The notes: generated by a model from the letters alone, not told the origin. A stretch of DNA of 54,329 nt from a virus (IMGVR_UViG_3300022178_003244:1-54329); one strand, 5' to 3'; positions 7,390 through 17,352 are shown, numbered from the stretch's first letter. A program made the numbers and translations.

Positions 7390-9909
7390 ATGGGATATCA
7401 AAATGTATACTATGAGAAGAATGAGGGAATCATCCATTGTTGGGATTCTAAGAAAGGATACTACACATCCAAATATAGAAATTACGCTTATGTAAAGGAT
7501 GGTAATGGTTCATATGAATCAATACATGGTGAAAGGTTAAAAAAGATTAACTTTTGGAATAAAGAAGATAATCTGAAACTATACGAATCTGATGTAAATG
7601 AGGTTACTAGGTTTTTAATTGATAACTATGGTGACTCTGATGAAGTATCAGATGGTCACGTTACATTAACATTTGACATTGAGGTAGAGATGAATTCTGG
7701 TCTACCAGACATTCAAGAAGCAAAGAACGCAATGACCTCCGTTGCATTCCACGACTCGGCAACTAACGATTACGTTGTATATGTTGTTATTGATGGTGAT
7801 GAGATAAGTAAAACTATCAAAGGAGCAAAGGTTCGGTCATTTAGAACCGAAGAGGATATGTTGGTAGCATTTGTAAATGCATGGGAAGAGATTTCACCAA
7901 CCATTATAACTGGTTGGAATATTGATTTCTTCGATGTTACTTATCTTTACAACAGATTGAAAAGAGTACTAGGTACTAAACAAGCAAATAGATTATCACC
8001 AATCGGTAAAGTTCATTGGAACAAATATCGTAAGAGATATCTAATCGCAGGGGTATCCGCATTAGACTACATCGCTCTTTATAAGAACTTTACATATACA
8101 CAACTCCCCAACTACCGATTGGATACCGTTGCTCAAAAAGAATTGGGTAGAGGTAAGATTGAGTATGAGGGAAACTTAGACCAATTATTTAGAGATGATA
8201 TTGAAAAGTTCATTGAATATAACTTGGTGGATGTTGAGTTGGTAGTTGATATGGATAAGAAACTTCAGTTCATTGATTTAGCTAGAGCGATATGTCACGC
8301 AGGTCACGTATTCTATGAAGATTTTTTATTCTCATCTAAATGGTTAGAGGGTGCGATACTAACATTCCTAAGAAGAAATGGTAGAGTAGCACCAAATAAA
8401 CCAAGCCGAAAAGAAAAGAATGACGATGGTACGGATTCAGAAGAACAGTTTGCAGGTGCATATGTCAAACAACCCATACCTGGTCTTTACAAATGGGTTT
8501 ATGATTTAGATTTAACATCACTATACCCATCAATTATTATGAGTATAAATATATCACCCGAAACTAAGGTTGGTATGGTAACTGATTACACATCTGAAGC
8601 CCATATGAAATCCAAAATGGATTCTTACGTTATTGTAGATGATAATGGGAAGTCGTACCCAGCAATGGATAAAGAAAAGTTTGAAGACTTCACTAAGAAA
8701 ATGGATTTATCAATAGCGTCTAATGGTGTATTGTATAAGCAAGATAAAGTTGGTATTATACCTGAGATTCTTAATGTTTGGTTTGATAAGAGGGTAGAGT
8801 ACAAAGACCAAATGAAAAAGTTTGGTAAGGCAGGTGATGATGAGAAGTATAAATTCTTTGCTCAAAGACAATTGGTACAAAAGATTATGTTGAACTCCCT
8901 TTATGGAGTATTGGGATTACCATCATTCAGATTCTATGACGTTGCAAACGCAGAAGCAGTGACACTTACGGGTCAGACTGTAATTAAAACTACTGAGATG
9001 ATTGCAAACAGCTATTATAGTAAAATCACAGGTGAAGATAAGGACTACAACATTTATGTTGATACGGATTCTGTGTTTTATCAGGCAGCACCATTAGTAA
9101 AAGCTCGTAATCCTGAAATTGATGAGAATGATGATTCACAAATGATACCTGCTATTTTGGAAGTGGCACAAGAAGTAGAAGCACATATTAATAAGGTGTA
9201 TGATACTATGGCTCTGAAGTTGTTTAATATTCATTCACATAGATTTGATATTAAGCAAGAAACAATCGCAAAGGGTGGTTTTTGGGTATCTAAGAAACGA
9301 TATGCACAATGGATTATCAATGATAATACAGTTGATTGTGATAAGTTGGATGTAAAGGGGTTGGATGTAAAACGTTCATCATTCCCAACATATTTTAAAG
9401 AGGTGATGTCTACTGTATTGATGGATATTCTAAAAGATGAGAATAAAAACTTAATCGATGAGTACATCTTAACTAAGAGAGCTGAGATGGAAACGACAAA
9501 CTTTATTGATATCGCAAAGAACTCCGCAGTTAAAGGTATGAGTAAGTATACATTTAAGAAACAGGCAATTGGTGAGTTTATGAAAGGTACACCTGCTCAT
9601 GTTAAAGCAGCTATTACATACAATCAGTTATTAAAGTATTACAATTGTGCTTACAAATACGAACCGATGAAAGATGGGGATAAGATTAAGTGGGTGTATC
9701 TAAAAAATAACCCATTAGGTTTGAGTACAGTTGGGTTGACTGGTTATAACGACCCAAAAGAAATATTAGATTTAGTAGAAGAGTATATTGACTATGAGTT
9801 AATCTGGCAAAAAGAGTTAGAAAACAAATTAGATGATTTCTATTCGGCAATGAAATGGGAGAAGCCGTCTCCCAATTTAAAAACGGCATCAAAGTTTTTT
9901 GAATTTTAA
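7390..9909 (+). CDS. Family B DNA polymerase (T4 gp43-like)
   Basis: Exo FDIEV, GWNIDFFD, YNLVD; Pol DLTSLYPSII, KIMLNSLYG, YVDTDS, KKRY, KGLD. Confidence 0.97.
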   Translation: MGYQNVYYEKNEGIIHCWDSKKGYYTSKYRNYAYVKDGNGSYESIHGERLKKINFWNKEDNLKLYESDVNEVTRFLIDNYGDSDEVSDGHVTLTFDIEVEMNSGLPDIQEAKNAMTSVAFHDSATNDYVVYVVIDGDEISKTIKGAKVRSFRTEEDMLVAFVNAWEEISPTIITGWNIDFFDVTYLYNRLKRVLGTKQANRLSPIGKVHWNKYRKRYLIAGVSALDYIALYKNFTYTQLPNYRLDTVAQKELGRGKIEYEGNLDQLFRDDIEKFIEYNLVDVELVVDMDKKLQFIDLARAICHAGHVFYEDFLFSSKWLEGAILTFLRRNGRVAPNKPSRKEKNDDGTDSEEQFAGAYVKQPIPGLYKWVYDLDLTSLYPSIIMSINISPETKVGMVTDYTSEAHMKSKMDSYVIVDDNGKSYPAMDKEKFEDFTKKMDLSIASNGVLYKQDKVGIIPEILNVWFDKRVEYKDQMKKFGKAGDDEKYKFFAQRQLVQKIMLNSLYGVLGLPSFRFYDVANAEAVTLTGQTVIKTTEMIANSYYSKITGEDKDYNIYVDTDSVFYQAAPLVKARNPEIDENDDSQMIPAILEVAQEVEAHINKVYDTMALKLFNIHSHRFDIKQETIAKGGFWVSKKRYAQWIINDNTVDCDKLDVKGLDVKRSSFPTYFKEVMSTVLMDILKDENKNLIDEYILTKRAEMETTNFIDIAKNSAVKGMSKYTFKKQAIGEFMKGTPAHVKAAITYNQLLKYYNCAYKYEPMKDGDKIKWVYLKNNPLGLSTVGLTGYNDPKEILDLVEEYIDYELIWQKELENKLDDFYSAMKWEKPSPNLKTASKFFEF

Positions 9910-9910
9910 T

Positions 9911-9941
9911 TAGGATAATTGAAAAACTTTTTGTATATTTG
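9911..9941 (+). promoter_or_regulatory. Bacteroidota-type promoter
   Basis: TAGG-N19-TATATTTG. Confidence 0.75.
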
Positions 9942-9972
9942 TGTAAATAATAATTAATAATAAGTAAGTTTT

Positions 9973-10686
9973 ATGAAAAAAGTAAGTGTAAACAGATTCA
10001 TTCAGAAGTATAATCTATCTGGATTAATCGAATCAACGAAGTGGAATGTTAAAGGTGATACATTAACCACACAATTTATATCAGATGATAAGTCTGTTTT
10101 AGGAAATGTTAGTATGACTGACTTTCAGTTTGAAGATGGTGATTATGGTATTTATGATACCACAAAACTCACAAAAATGCTATCGGTATTATCAAACGAT
10201 GTGGATATCACACCATCTAAATATGAGGGGAAGGTTACTGCATTAGATTTGAACGATAAAGGAACATCTGCAACTTATATGTTGGCAGACCTTTCAGTTA
10301 TACCTGTAGTTCCAGATTTAAAACAACTACCACCATTTGATGTTGAGGTTGATATTGATTCTACATTTGTAGATAGATTTAACAAAGCAAAAAGTGCTCT
10401 TTCTGATGAAAAGAATTTTACATTTCAATGTAAAGATGGTAATGGTAAGATGATTATTGGTTACTCTAAAACCAATACTAACAGAATTTCTATTGATGTA
10501 AACTGTAAATGTGAAAAGGATGTAGAAGGTATATCATTCTCAGCAGATTTCTTAAAAGAAATACTAAACGCAAACAAAGATGCAAAGTCAGCATCAATGA
10601 AAATATCAACACAAGGATTGGCGAATCTAAACTTTAATGTTGATAATTATACATCTGAATATTTCTTAGTAGAGGTACACGCATAA
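9973..10686 (+). CDS. Sliding clamp (T4 gp45/PCNA-like)
   Basis: 237 aa, YGIYD...L.KMLS pattern, ISTQGLA..F...SEYFL C-terminus; located between PolB and clamp loader. Confidence 0.75.
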   Translation: MKKVSVNRFIQKYNLSGLIESTKWNVKGDTLTTQFISDDKSVLGNVSMTDFQFEDGDYGIYDTTKLTKMLSVLSNDVDITPSKYEGKVTALDLNDKGTSATYMLADLSVIPVVPDLKQLPPFDVEVDIDSTFVDRFNKAKSALSDEKNFTFQCKDGNGKMIIGYSKTNTNRISIDVNCKCEKDVEGISFSADFLKEILNANKDAKSASMKISTQGLANLNFNVDNYTSEYFLVEVHA

Positions 10687-12332
10687 TGAATTATTTTTAC
10701 GAACAAAGTAAATTCTCAGAATACAAATCCAATACAACTTATCATCAGTTATTAGAGAAAACTGATGATGAGTTTGCGGATTGGGCAAGATTACTGCGTA
10801 AGGAAGTAACTGATGCATGGGATGGGGTGGGACAACCACCAGTTAAAGGAAAAACTGAAGAAGGCATTATTAGACATTTTGGTAAACTAAAAAGTCATGA
10901 GTGTGACTTCTTTATCGATGATAACTCCGATGAAGAATCATTGGGTATATTAAAAAACTTTAATAAAGACCAAAGTGTAGTAAATCAGTTTTTTCCTACG
11001 ATGTTGAAAACTAGAATTTCTAATGGAGAATCTGCAGATGGGGGTCTATCTATTTACGATTACTTTGCTGATGATAATTTAGAAGATGCATTTGTAAAAG
11101 TAATGAGGCGAGCTGTTAAGAGAGATTCTATGTACGCATGGAGTCGCTCACTAACATCCAAAAGAGAAGAAAATGAATTTTGGAACGGACAGACACCAGT
11201 TGACTTCGTAAAAGATGTGCATGATGGTAAGATATTTACAGGTAAGTGGTCTGAGTTTGATATAGTTCTTACAAAAACAACTGCACCTGCAATTCGAAAG
11301 TATGGTCAATTAGATGAAGATAAATGTACTTATGGTACTATTTTCTTTTTAGACTCTAAACAAGTAAATCAGTTAGTAGATGATGGTTATCTAAACCAAA
11401 GGCAGATTTCAAATCTTGGAGATATTGAAGATTCTAGAAGTCAGAAGAATGGTAAAGTAGTAAAGTATCTGTATAATATTAGATGGTATAACATAACCGA
11501 TGGTATATTCCCACGAATAGTTCAAGCATTCAGATTGGGATTAGGTCAACCTGCGGTAAACTTCCCAGCATTAACTGCAAAGTGGATTTATGAAAACTAC
11601 ACATCACATATAGATACCACCGAACCATTACATATCTATGACTCATCAGCAGGATGGGGTGGGAGAATCGCCGGTGCAATGAGTAGTAGAAAGAAAACCC
11701 ATTACATAGGAACTGACCCAAATCCAGATAATTTTATTCCTGAATTAGGTATTTCTCGTTATGAGTATATGGCAGATTACTACAATAAAAATTGTATAGA
11801 TACTCACTCAGATACACTAACAAACTTCTTTGAAGTAAAATCTAATGCAAATACATTTGAACTATTTCAAGATGGTTCTGAGTTAATTCATAATAATCCT
11901 GATTTTCAAAAGTATAAGGGTAAGTTAGATTTGTCATTCACATCACCTCCTTACTTTAATAGAGAGCAATATTCACAAGATGAGAATCAATCATTTGTTG
12001 CGTACTCTCAGTATGATGATTGGAGAGATAATTTCTTAAAACCAACTCTTACTACCATTTATGAGTATTCAAAGAGTGATAGATATATTCTATGGAATAT
12101 TGCGTCAATTAAAATCAATAAAGATACTTATTTTGATTTAGAGGGGGATTCAATTGAGATTTTAAAAGAGTTGGGTGCTGAATACAAAGGTAAATTAAAA
12201 ATGTGTATGGCTGCTATGATTGGTGCTAACGTAAATAAACGCGAGTCTATGGAAAGTAGTATTAAGAATATGGTTCAGATAGGCGGTACATGGTACAAAT
12301 ACGAACCTATATTTGTATTTCATAAAAAATAA
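10686..12332 (+). CDS. Amino DNA methyltransferase, paralogue of 5813..7042
   Basis: YDSSAGWGGR, GTDPN, FTSPPYFNREQYS, terminal EPIFVF. Confidence 0.85.
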   Translation: MNYFYEQSKFSEYKSNTTYHQLLEKTDDEFADWARLLRKEVTDAWDGVGQPPVKGKTEEGIIRHFGKLKSHECDFFIDDNSDEESLGILKNFNKDQSVVNQFFPTMLKTRISNGESADGGLSIYDYFADDNLEDAFVKVMRRAVKRDSMYAWSRSLTSKREENEFWNGQTPVDFVKDVHDGKIFTGKWSEFDIVLTKTTAPAIRKYGQLDEDKCTYGTIFFLDSKQVNQLVDDGYLNQRQISNLGDIEDSRSQKNGKVVKYLYNIRWYNITDGIFPRIVQAFRLGLGQPAVNFPALTAKWIYENYTSHIDTTEPLHIYDSSAGWGGRIAGAMSSRKKTHYIGTDPNPDNFIPELGISRYEYMADYYNKNCIDTHSDTLTNFFEVKSNANTFELFQDGSELIHNNPDFQKYKGKLDLSFTSPPYFNREQYSQDENQSFVAYSQYDDWRDNFLKPTLTTIYEYSKSDRYILWNIASIKINKDTYFDLEGDSIEILKELGAEYKGKLKMCMAAMIGANVNKRESMESSIKNMVQIGGTWYKYEPIFVFHKK

Positions 12333-12343
12333 AATAAAAGATA

Positions 12344-13273
12344 ATGAATAACACAGAAAATACTCTATTCGTAGAGAAGTATCGTCCAGATACTTTAGAA
12401 GGATATGTCGGTAATGAACATATTATTGAAAAAGTAAAAATCTATATAGAGAATGAAGATGTACCACATCTACTCTTATATGGGCAGGCTGGTACAGGTA
12501 AAACCACATTAGCTAAAATCATCACTAATCAAATTGATTGTGATGTGATGTATATCAATGCGTCTGATGAAAATAATGTTGATACTGTAAGAGATAAGAT
12601 TAGAGGGTTTGCATCTTCTATGGGTTTCCGTAAGTGGAAAATTATTATATTAGATGAATCAGATTACTTAACACCAAACGCACAAGCTGCACTTCGTAAT
12701 TTGATGGAAACATTCTCAAATACTACTCGTTTCATTCTAACGTGTAACTATGTAGAGAAAGTGATTGACCCTATCCAAAGTAGATGTCAGACATTTGGAA
12801 TTACACCGCCATCTAAGAAAGAGGTTGCTGTAAGATTAAAGGATATCTTAGATACCGAAGAAGTGAAGTATGAAATGTCGGACTTAGCGGTATTAGTAAA
12901 TAGTGGATATCCTGATATTCGTAGAGTTCTAAATGCAGCACAAAGACAGATTATTAAGGGTGAGTTGAAGATTGATAAAACATCAACGATTCAAGCAAAC
13001 TACGCAGATGAGGTGTTAGTGGTTTTAAAATCTAACAATAATCTAAAAGAGTCGTTTGCTTCGATTAGAAAAATAATCGCAGACTCAAAGGTAAGAGATT
13101 TCACACCATTCTACAGATTCTTATATGATAATGTAGATGAATATGCAAGTGGTAAAGCAGGTAATGTGATTTTAACAATTGCAGAATCGCAGTATAAGGA
13201 TTCTGTTTGTGTAGATAAAGAAATCAATGTAATGGCAATGATGTTAGAAATACTTATGACTATTAAAGGTTAA
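12344..13273 (+). CDS. Clamp loader AAA+ subunit (T4 gp44/RFC small-like)
   Basis: VEKYRP, Walker A GQAGTGKTT, INASD, Walker B LDESD, SRC motif. Confidence 0.95.
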   Translation: MNNTENTLFVEKYRPDTLEGYVGNEHIIEKVKIYIENEDVPHLLLYGQAGTGKTTLAKIITNQIDCDVMYINASDENNVDTVRDKIRGFASSMGFRKWKIIILDESDYLTPNAQAALRNLMETFSNTTRFILTCNYVEKVIDPIQSRCQTFGITPPSKKEVAVRLKDILDTEEVKYEMSDLAVLVNSGYPDIRRVLNAAQRQIIKGELKIDKTSTIQANYADEVLVVLKSNNNLKESFASIRKIIADSKVRDFTPFYRFLYDNVDEYASGKAGNVILTIAESQYKDSVCVDKEINVMAMMLEILMTIKG

Positions 13274-13279
13274 ATAAAT

Positions 13280-13310
13280 TAGGATATATGAAAACTAATT
13301 CGTATATTTA
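13280..13310 (+). promoter_or_regulatory. Bacteroidota-type promoter
   Basis: TAGG-N19-TATATTTA. Confidence 0.7.
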
Positions 13311-13349
13311 CAACAACAAACAATAATTAATTAAAAACAAAGTAAAATT

Positions 13350-13520
13350 ATGGCAAATTCAAATGAACTATTCGAACAAATTAAAGATTTATTTGTAGAA
13401 TTCGAAACAGAACACAATGGTACAACTAAAGCTGCAAAAGGAAGAGCAAGAAAAGCTATTGGTGAGTTAAAAAAGTTAATAACTGATTACAGGAAAGAAT
13501 CAGTAAACGAAAGTAAGTAA
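13350..13520 (+). CDS. Histone H1-like (Hc1-family) small basic protein, 56 aa, absent from ORF track
   Basis: MANSNELFEQIKDLF...TKAAKGRARKAIGELKKLITDYRKES; KAA..RARKA..EL.KL...RK.S pattern; own promoter. Confidence 0.7.
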   Translation: MANSNELFEQIKDLFVEFETEHNGTTKAAKGRARKAIGELKKLITDYRKESVNESK

Positions 13521-13522
13521 TT

Positions 13523-13786
13523 ATGGGTAAAGGAAAGGTAATTGGTATGGGTGGTAATCAGAACCAGCCCAAAGCACCACAGATGAAGTTAGACCCCACA
13601 AAGTTACCAACGGTACATTGTGAGAATTGTGAGTCTATCTTTTGGGAAGAAGTAACAATGTTTAAAGAAGTCCCAGCAGTACAATCACCAAACGGACAGA
13701 AATCTATGTTACCGATTCCGGTAGTAAGATGTGCTGAATGTGGTCACGTATCAGAGAAGTTTTTACCTAAAGAATTGTTGGATTAA
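13523..13786 (+). CDS. Zn-ribbon protein
   Basis: CENC and CAECGH pairs. Confidence 0.65.
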   Translation: MGKGKVIGMGGNQNQPKAPQMKLDPTKLPTVHCENCESIFWEEVTMFKEVPAVQSPNGQKSMLPIPVVRCAECGHVSEKFLPKELLD

Positions 13787-14241
13787 TGGCAGCTACTGAT
13801 AAAACTGTAGCTAAAAAAGCTAAGTCAATATTCGACCACCTTTCGGGTATAAAGGAAAAGAAAACATCTTGGGAATCTTTAACAGATATGGACAAGAAAT
13901 CATTCAGCCCCTTTATTATCAATAGGTGGTTGAGTATGAACTTAGACTTACTGCCAATAATCAATATTCTTCAGAAATACACCATTGGGTTATTATCACC
14001 TAAAGAAGTTTATAAGTTGTACTTAGATTTCTTACCAAAGAAAAAAACATTCGATAAGTATGTTAAAGGTAAGAAAGAGGGTAAGTATAACAAAGAACTT
14101 TTACAATACCTATCAAAGTGGTATGGTGTTTCTTATAGAGAGGTACAAGATTATTTGGAAATACTTCCAAAGCAAGAAGTTTTAGATATATTAAAAAAAT
14201 ATGGTCTCACAGAAAAAGAGGCTAAAAACCTATTAAAATGA
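13786..14241 (+). CDS. Clamp loader small subunit (T4 gp62-like)
   Basis: FSPFIINRWLS and Y..YL.....KK...KY.K patterns; near gp44-like gene. Confidence 0.65.
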   Translation: MAATDKTVAKKAKSIFDHLSGIKEKKTSWESLTDMDKKSFSPFIINRWLSMNLDLLPIINILQKYTIGLLSPKEVYKLYLDFLPKKKTFDKYVKGKKEGKYNKELLQYLSKWYGVSYREVQDYLEILPKQEVLDILKKYGLTEKEAKNLLK

Positions 14242-14507
14242 GTAGATTAAAAGAAATGTTAAGAACATCTGCAATTGCAGATAAAGCGAAAGCACTCCTT
14301 TCGTTAGATTTATTAGAATCTAAAGCAGTGGGTATTGGAGACCACTCAACAACAGATTTTTATAATAATGCGGAAGATGCATTGAGAATGTTAGTTGATG
14401 CAGATGATAGATTGTCAGCATTAGAACGATATTTTACACCAGCACCACCAACACCACCAGTCGTAGAACCAAAAAGTGTAAAATCTAAAAAACAATTAAA
14501 TGGATAA
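14238..14507 (+). CDS. Hypothetical protein
   Basis: Overlap-coupled ORF; VGIGDHS motif. Confidence 0.6.
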   Translation: MSRLKEMLRTSAIADKAKALLSLDLLESKAVGIGDHSTTDFYNNAEDALRMLVDADDRLSALERYFTPAPPTPPVVEPKSVKSKKQLNG

Positions 14508-14919
14508 CATACGAGAAGCAAAATCAAAAGTAGTTCATAATGGTGAACGTACTATAGCGAAAGCTAAGAGTGGTGTATCGGAAGAAGGTGCTATTGAGTA
14601 TTGTGAGAGATTGTATCCTGAAATGATGGATGAATACAAACGTATTATGCAAGACCAATATGAAACTTTTTGCAAAAAGCAAAGAAACTATGGGCCGGGT
14701 AACATATCAGTAGGTACTGATTTAAGTAGTAGTGATGATATCAGATTATCGTTAACGGGATTATGGTTCAGATTGAACGATAAGGTGAATCGCTTGAAGC
14801 AAATGGTAGTATTAGGTCAACCAGATGAAGTGGGTGAATCTGTACAAGACACATTCCAAGACCTTTCAATTTATGGTATTATTGCACAAATAGTACAAAC
14901 TGGAAAATGGGGTAAATAA
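14500..14919 (+). CDS. Nucleotide-modification-associated domain protein (DUF1599-like)
   Basis: KKQRNYG, RLNDKVNRL, DTFQDLSIYGII. Confidence 0.7.
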   Translation: MDNIREAKSKVVHNGERTIAKAKSGVSEEGAIEYCERLYPEMMDEYKRIMQDQYETFCKKQRNYGPGNISVGTDLSSSDDIRLSLTGLWFRLNDKVNRLKQMVVLGQPDEVGESVQDTFQDLSIYGIIAQIVQTGKWGK

Positions 14920-15110
14920 TGGGAAATACAAAGTCAACATACCAAATAAGAAAAACATCAGTTGAAAAAGATTACTCTGTACTACTAAACGATAGTTTAG
15001 GGAGTGTATTAGAATTTGATACATTTGAACATGCTTCTCAAATAGTTATAATACTAAATTCAAATTCGGATAGTAATTGTAGATATGAGTTAGTTGCTAT
15101 CCCACGATAA
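14919..15110 (+). CDS. Hypothetical protein
   Basis: TAATG coupling with upstream stop. Confidence 0.55.
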   Translation: MGNTKSTYQIRKTSVEKDYSVLLNDSLGSVLEFDTFEHASQIVIILNSNSDSNCRYELVAIPR

Positions 15111-15116
15111 AAAACT

Positions 15117-15171
15117 TAACAATTTGTTAACATTAAAAGCTTGGTAATACCAGGCTTTTTTTGTACTTTTA
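15117..15171 (+). promoter_or_regulatory. Class II promoter (TAACA repeat) overlapping a terminator-like hairpin
   Basis: TAACA 15117/15128, GCTTGG-TAATA-CCAGGC plus T run, TACTTTTA at 15164. Confidence 0.65.
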
Positions 15172-15218
15172 TAAGGTAATAATTAGGGGTTGTTCCCCAC
15201 CATTAAAAATTGAAAATT

Positions 15219-15716
15219 ATGAAAACAATAGGATTTGCAGGAACGTATTACACTCTTTGGGATGTAACAGTTGAGAGAGTAAATGTAGCTTTAGGCGCTT
15301 GGTACGATAAAGTAACTTGTACTTACTACCAAAACCTTTCTAAAAACTTAGAAGAAGCTATTGTAAAGGCTGGTACTGATAATGTAGATGAATCATTGAG
15401 GGGTAAGAAAAAATCATTTCAATATAAAAACCCTTTAGTAATAGAACCTAAAGTTATGACCGATTGTGAGAAGTTGTTTTGGGTTTTATTCAGAAATGAT
15501 AATGCCCATTTAGTTGATGGTGTAAGACATGATGCGCTTAATAGATGTATTGAGCTTGGGTGTGTATCAGAAGTAAAAGGCGATTTTAAAAAACATTTAG
15601 AATATGAACGACATCCAAGAACAGCAACAGTTGCTTATAAATTCAATCATCCTTTAAGAAACGATGATGTTTGGTATTCCATTGAATTGAATAAATTTTT
15701 TATTGGAGTTATTTAA
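15219..15716 (+). CDS. Hypothetical protein
   Basis: ATG at 15219 after A-rich leader; no recognised motif. Confidence 0.65.
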   Translation: MKTIGFAGTYYTLWDVTVERVNVALGAWYDKVTCTYYQNLSKNLEEAIVKAGTDNVDESLRGKKKSFQYKNPLVIEPKVMTDCEKLFWVLFRNDNAHLVDGVRHDALNRCIELGCVSEVKGDFKKHLEYERHPRTATVAYKFNHPLRNDDVWYSIELNKFFIGVI

Positions 15717-15723
15717 TATAAAT

Positions 15724-15754
15724 TTGGTAGTTCCAATAATAATTTGTATATTTA
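15724..15754 (+). promoter_or_regulatory. Bacteroidota-type promoter
   Basis: TTGG-N19-TATATTTA. Confidence 0.7.
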
Positions 15755-15758
15755 CACT

Positions 15759-16706
15759 ATGAAAGAATCAAAGATAAGTAATATATTTACCTTTGGGGTG
15801 AAAGAACCTAAAGAGGACGATGTTAAGGTATCATACTCCCAATACACAATGTATGCAAACTGCCCACATCAATGGAAGTTGAATTATATGGATGGTAATC
15901 GTTCGTTCGACCCATCAATTCATTTGGTATTTGGTACTGCAATGCACGAAACCTTACAAAGTTGGTTAGATACATTGTACAACAAGTCAATTGAGGATGC
16001 ATCTAAAATAGATTTAGGTAAGATGTTATACGAATGTATGTTAGTTGAATACAAAAAGATGAGAGAACAAACTGGAGTAGAATTCAGTAACGCATCTCAG
16101 ATGGAAGAGTTCTTAGAAGATGGTATTGCTATACTTAATGAAGTTACTAAGAATAGAGTTGATTATTTCAATACTCGTCATATGAACTTAGTAGCTATTG
16201 AATTACCAATATACCAAAAAGCAATGGAATCTCACAATGTTTATATGAGGGGGTTCTTAGATTTAGTATTTGAAGATACCTACGAAAACAAACTACAGAT
16301 TTGGGATATCAAAACATCTACGATGGGTTGGAACAAATGGCAGAAAGCTGATAAAACTAAAACAGCACAATTGGTGTTGTATAAGAAGTTCTTATCAGAA
16401 CAATTCGGATATCCATTAGATAGAATCAGTACAAAGTATTTTATCGTAAAACGTAAGTTAACTGAAGGTATGATGTTTGCTCAGAAGAGAGTTCAAACAT
16501 TCGAACCCGCAAACGGTAAACCGACACTAAATAAGATTACTAAGAGTTTTGAGGATTTTGTTAGAAATTCGTTCAATGAGGATGGTAGTCACAGAAGGGA
16601 TTCTGAGTTCCCTGCGATGGCTGGTAAGAACGGAAAAAATTGCAAATGGTGTCCATTCAAAACTGACTACGAAAAGTGTCCCAAAGAAAATAGGCACAAA
16701 GTTTAA
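15759..16706 (+). CDS. Cas4/AddB-like PD-(D/E)xK exonuclease with Fe-S cysteines
   Basis: SYSQ...CP, FGTAMHE, GFLDL, DIKTS, QLVLY, CKWCPF...C. Confidence 0.85.
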   Translation: MKESKISNIFTFGVKEPKEDDVKVSYSQYTMYANCPHQWKLNYMDGNRSFDPSIHLVFGTAMHETLQSWLDTLYNKSIEDASKIDLGKMLYECMLVEYKKMREQTGVEFSNASQMEEFLEDGIAILNEVTKNRVDYFNTRHMNLVAIELPIYQKAMESHNVYMRGFLDLVFEDTYENKLQIWDIKTSTMGWNKWQKADKTKTAQLVLYKKFLSEQFGYPLDRISTKYFIVKRKLTEGMMFAQKRVQTFEPANGKPTLNKITKSFEDFVRNSFNEDGSHRRDSEFPAMAGKNGKNCKWCPFKTDYEKCPKENRHKV

Positions 16707-16721
16707 TTAAAATTATTATAT

Positions 16722-17297
16722 ATGTTATATTATTATTCAAAACAAAAGTTAGATTTTACAAATGTTACTCACAAAGTTGTCATTGGGATTTTGGGGTACA
16801 CTGCTTTTTTAATTTTAAGTACTTTCATATTAACTCATAATTCAGACAGACGAGAGGTTATTGAGACAATAACACCCGAAGAACGTATGGTCGTTATAAA
16901 TGAAAATAATACTGAGTTTAGTTCAGACACATTGATTCATATGTTGAAACAATTAAATGTTAAATTCCCACATATCGTTCTAGCACAATCTATTGTTGAA
17001 ACGGGCCATTGGACTTCTAAGATATTCTTAGAAAATCACAATTTATTTGGTATGAAGGAAGCATATGTCAGAGTACATACTGCGAGGGGTACTCAATATG
17101 GTCACGCTTATTATGAGGATTGGGAAGAGTCGGTCTATGATTATGCATTTTACCAATGTAGATACTTGGGTGCTATTAGAACTGAAGATGAGTATTTTAA
17201 CTATCTATCAAATAGTTACGCAGAGGCAACAAATTATATTAAAATATTAAAAAAAGTTATAGTGGATGAAAAGTTACGTGAAAAATTTCAAAAGTAA
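16722..17297 (+). CDS. GH73 glucosaminidase-like peptidoglycan hydrolase with N-terminal TM segment
   Basis: LAQSIVETG, NLFGMK, WEESV.DY, YA....Y; hydrophobic segment near residues 19-38. Confidence 0.8.
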   Translation: MLYYYSKQKLDFTNVTHKVVIGILGYTAFLILSTFILTHNSDRREVIETITPEERMVVINENNTEFSSDTLIHMLKQLNVKFPHIVLAQSIVETGHWTSKIFLENHNLFGMKEAYVRVHTARGTQYGHAYYEDWEESVYDYAFYQCRYLGAIRTEDEYFNYLSNSYAEATNYIKILKKVIVDEKLREKFQK

Positions 17298-17352
17298 TTC
17301 AAATATAACTAAAGTATCATACAGACGAATATCCAATGGAATTGATAATAAT

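Noticed and set aside
7390-9909. Intein or intron in DNA polymerase
   Set aside because: 839 aa with normally spaced motifs; no splice-junction signatures
15759-16706. Cas4-like nuclease as evidence of a CRISPR-Cas system
   Set aside because: No other cas genes or array; solo Cas4-like exonucleases are common phage recombination proteins
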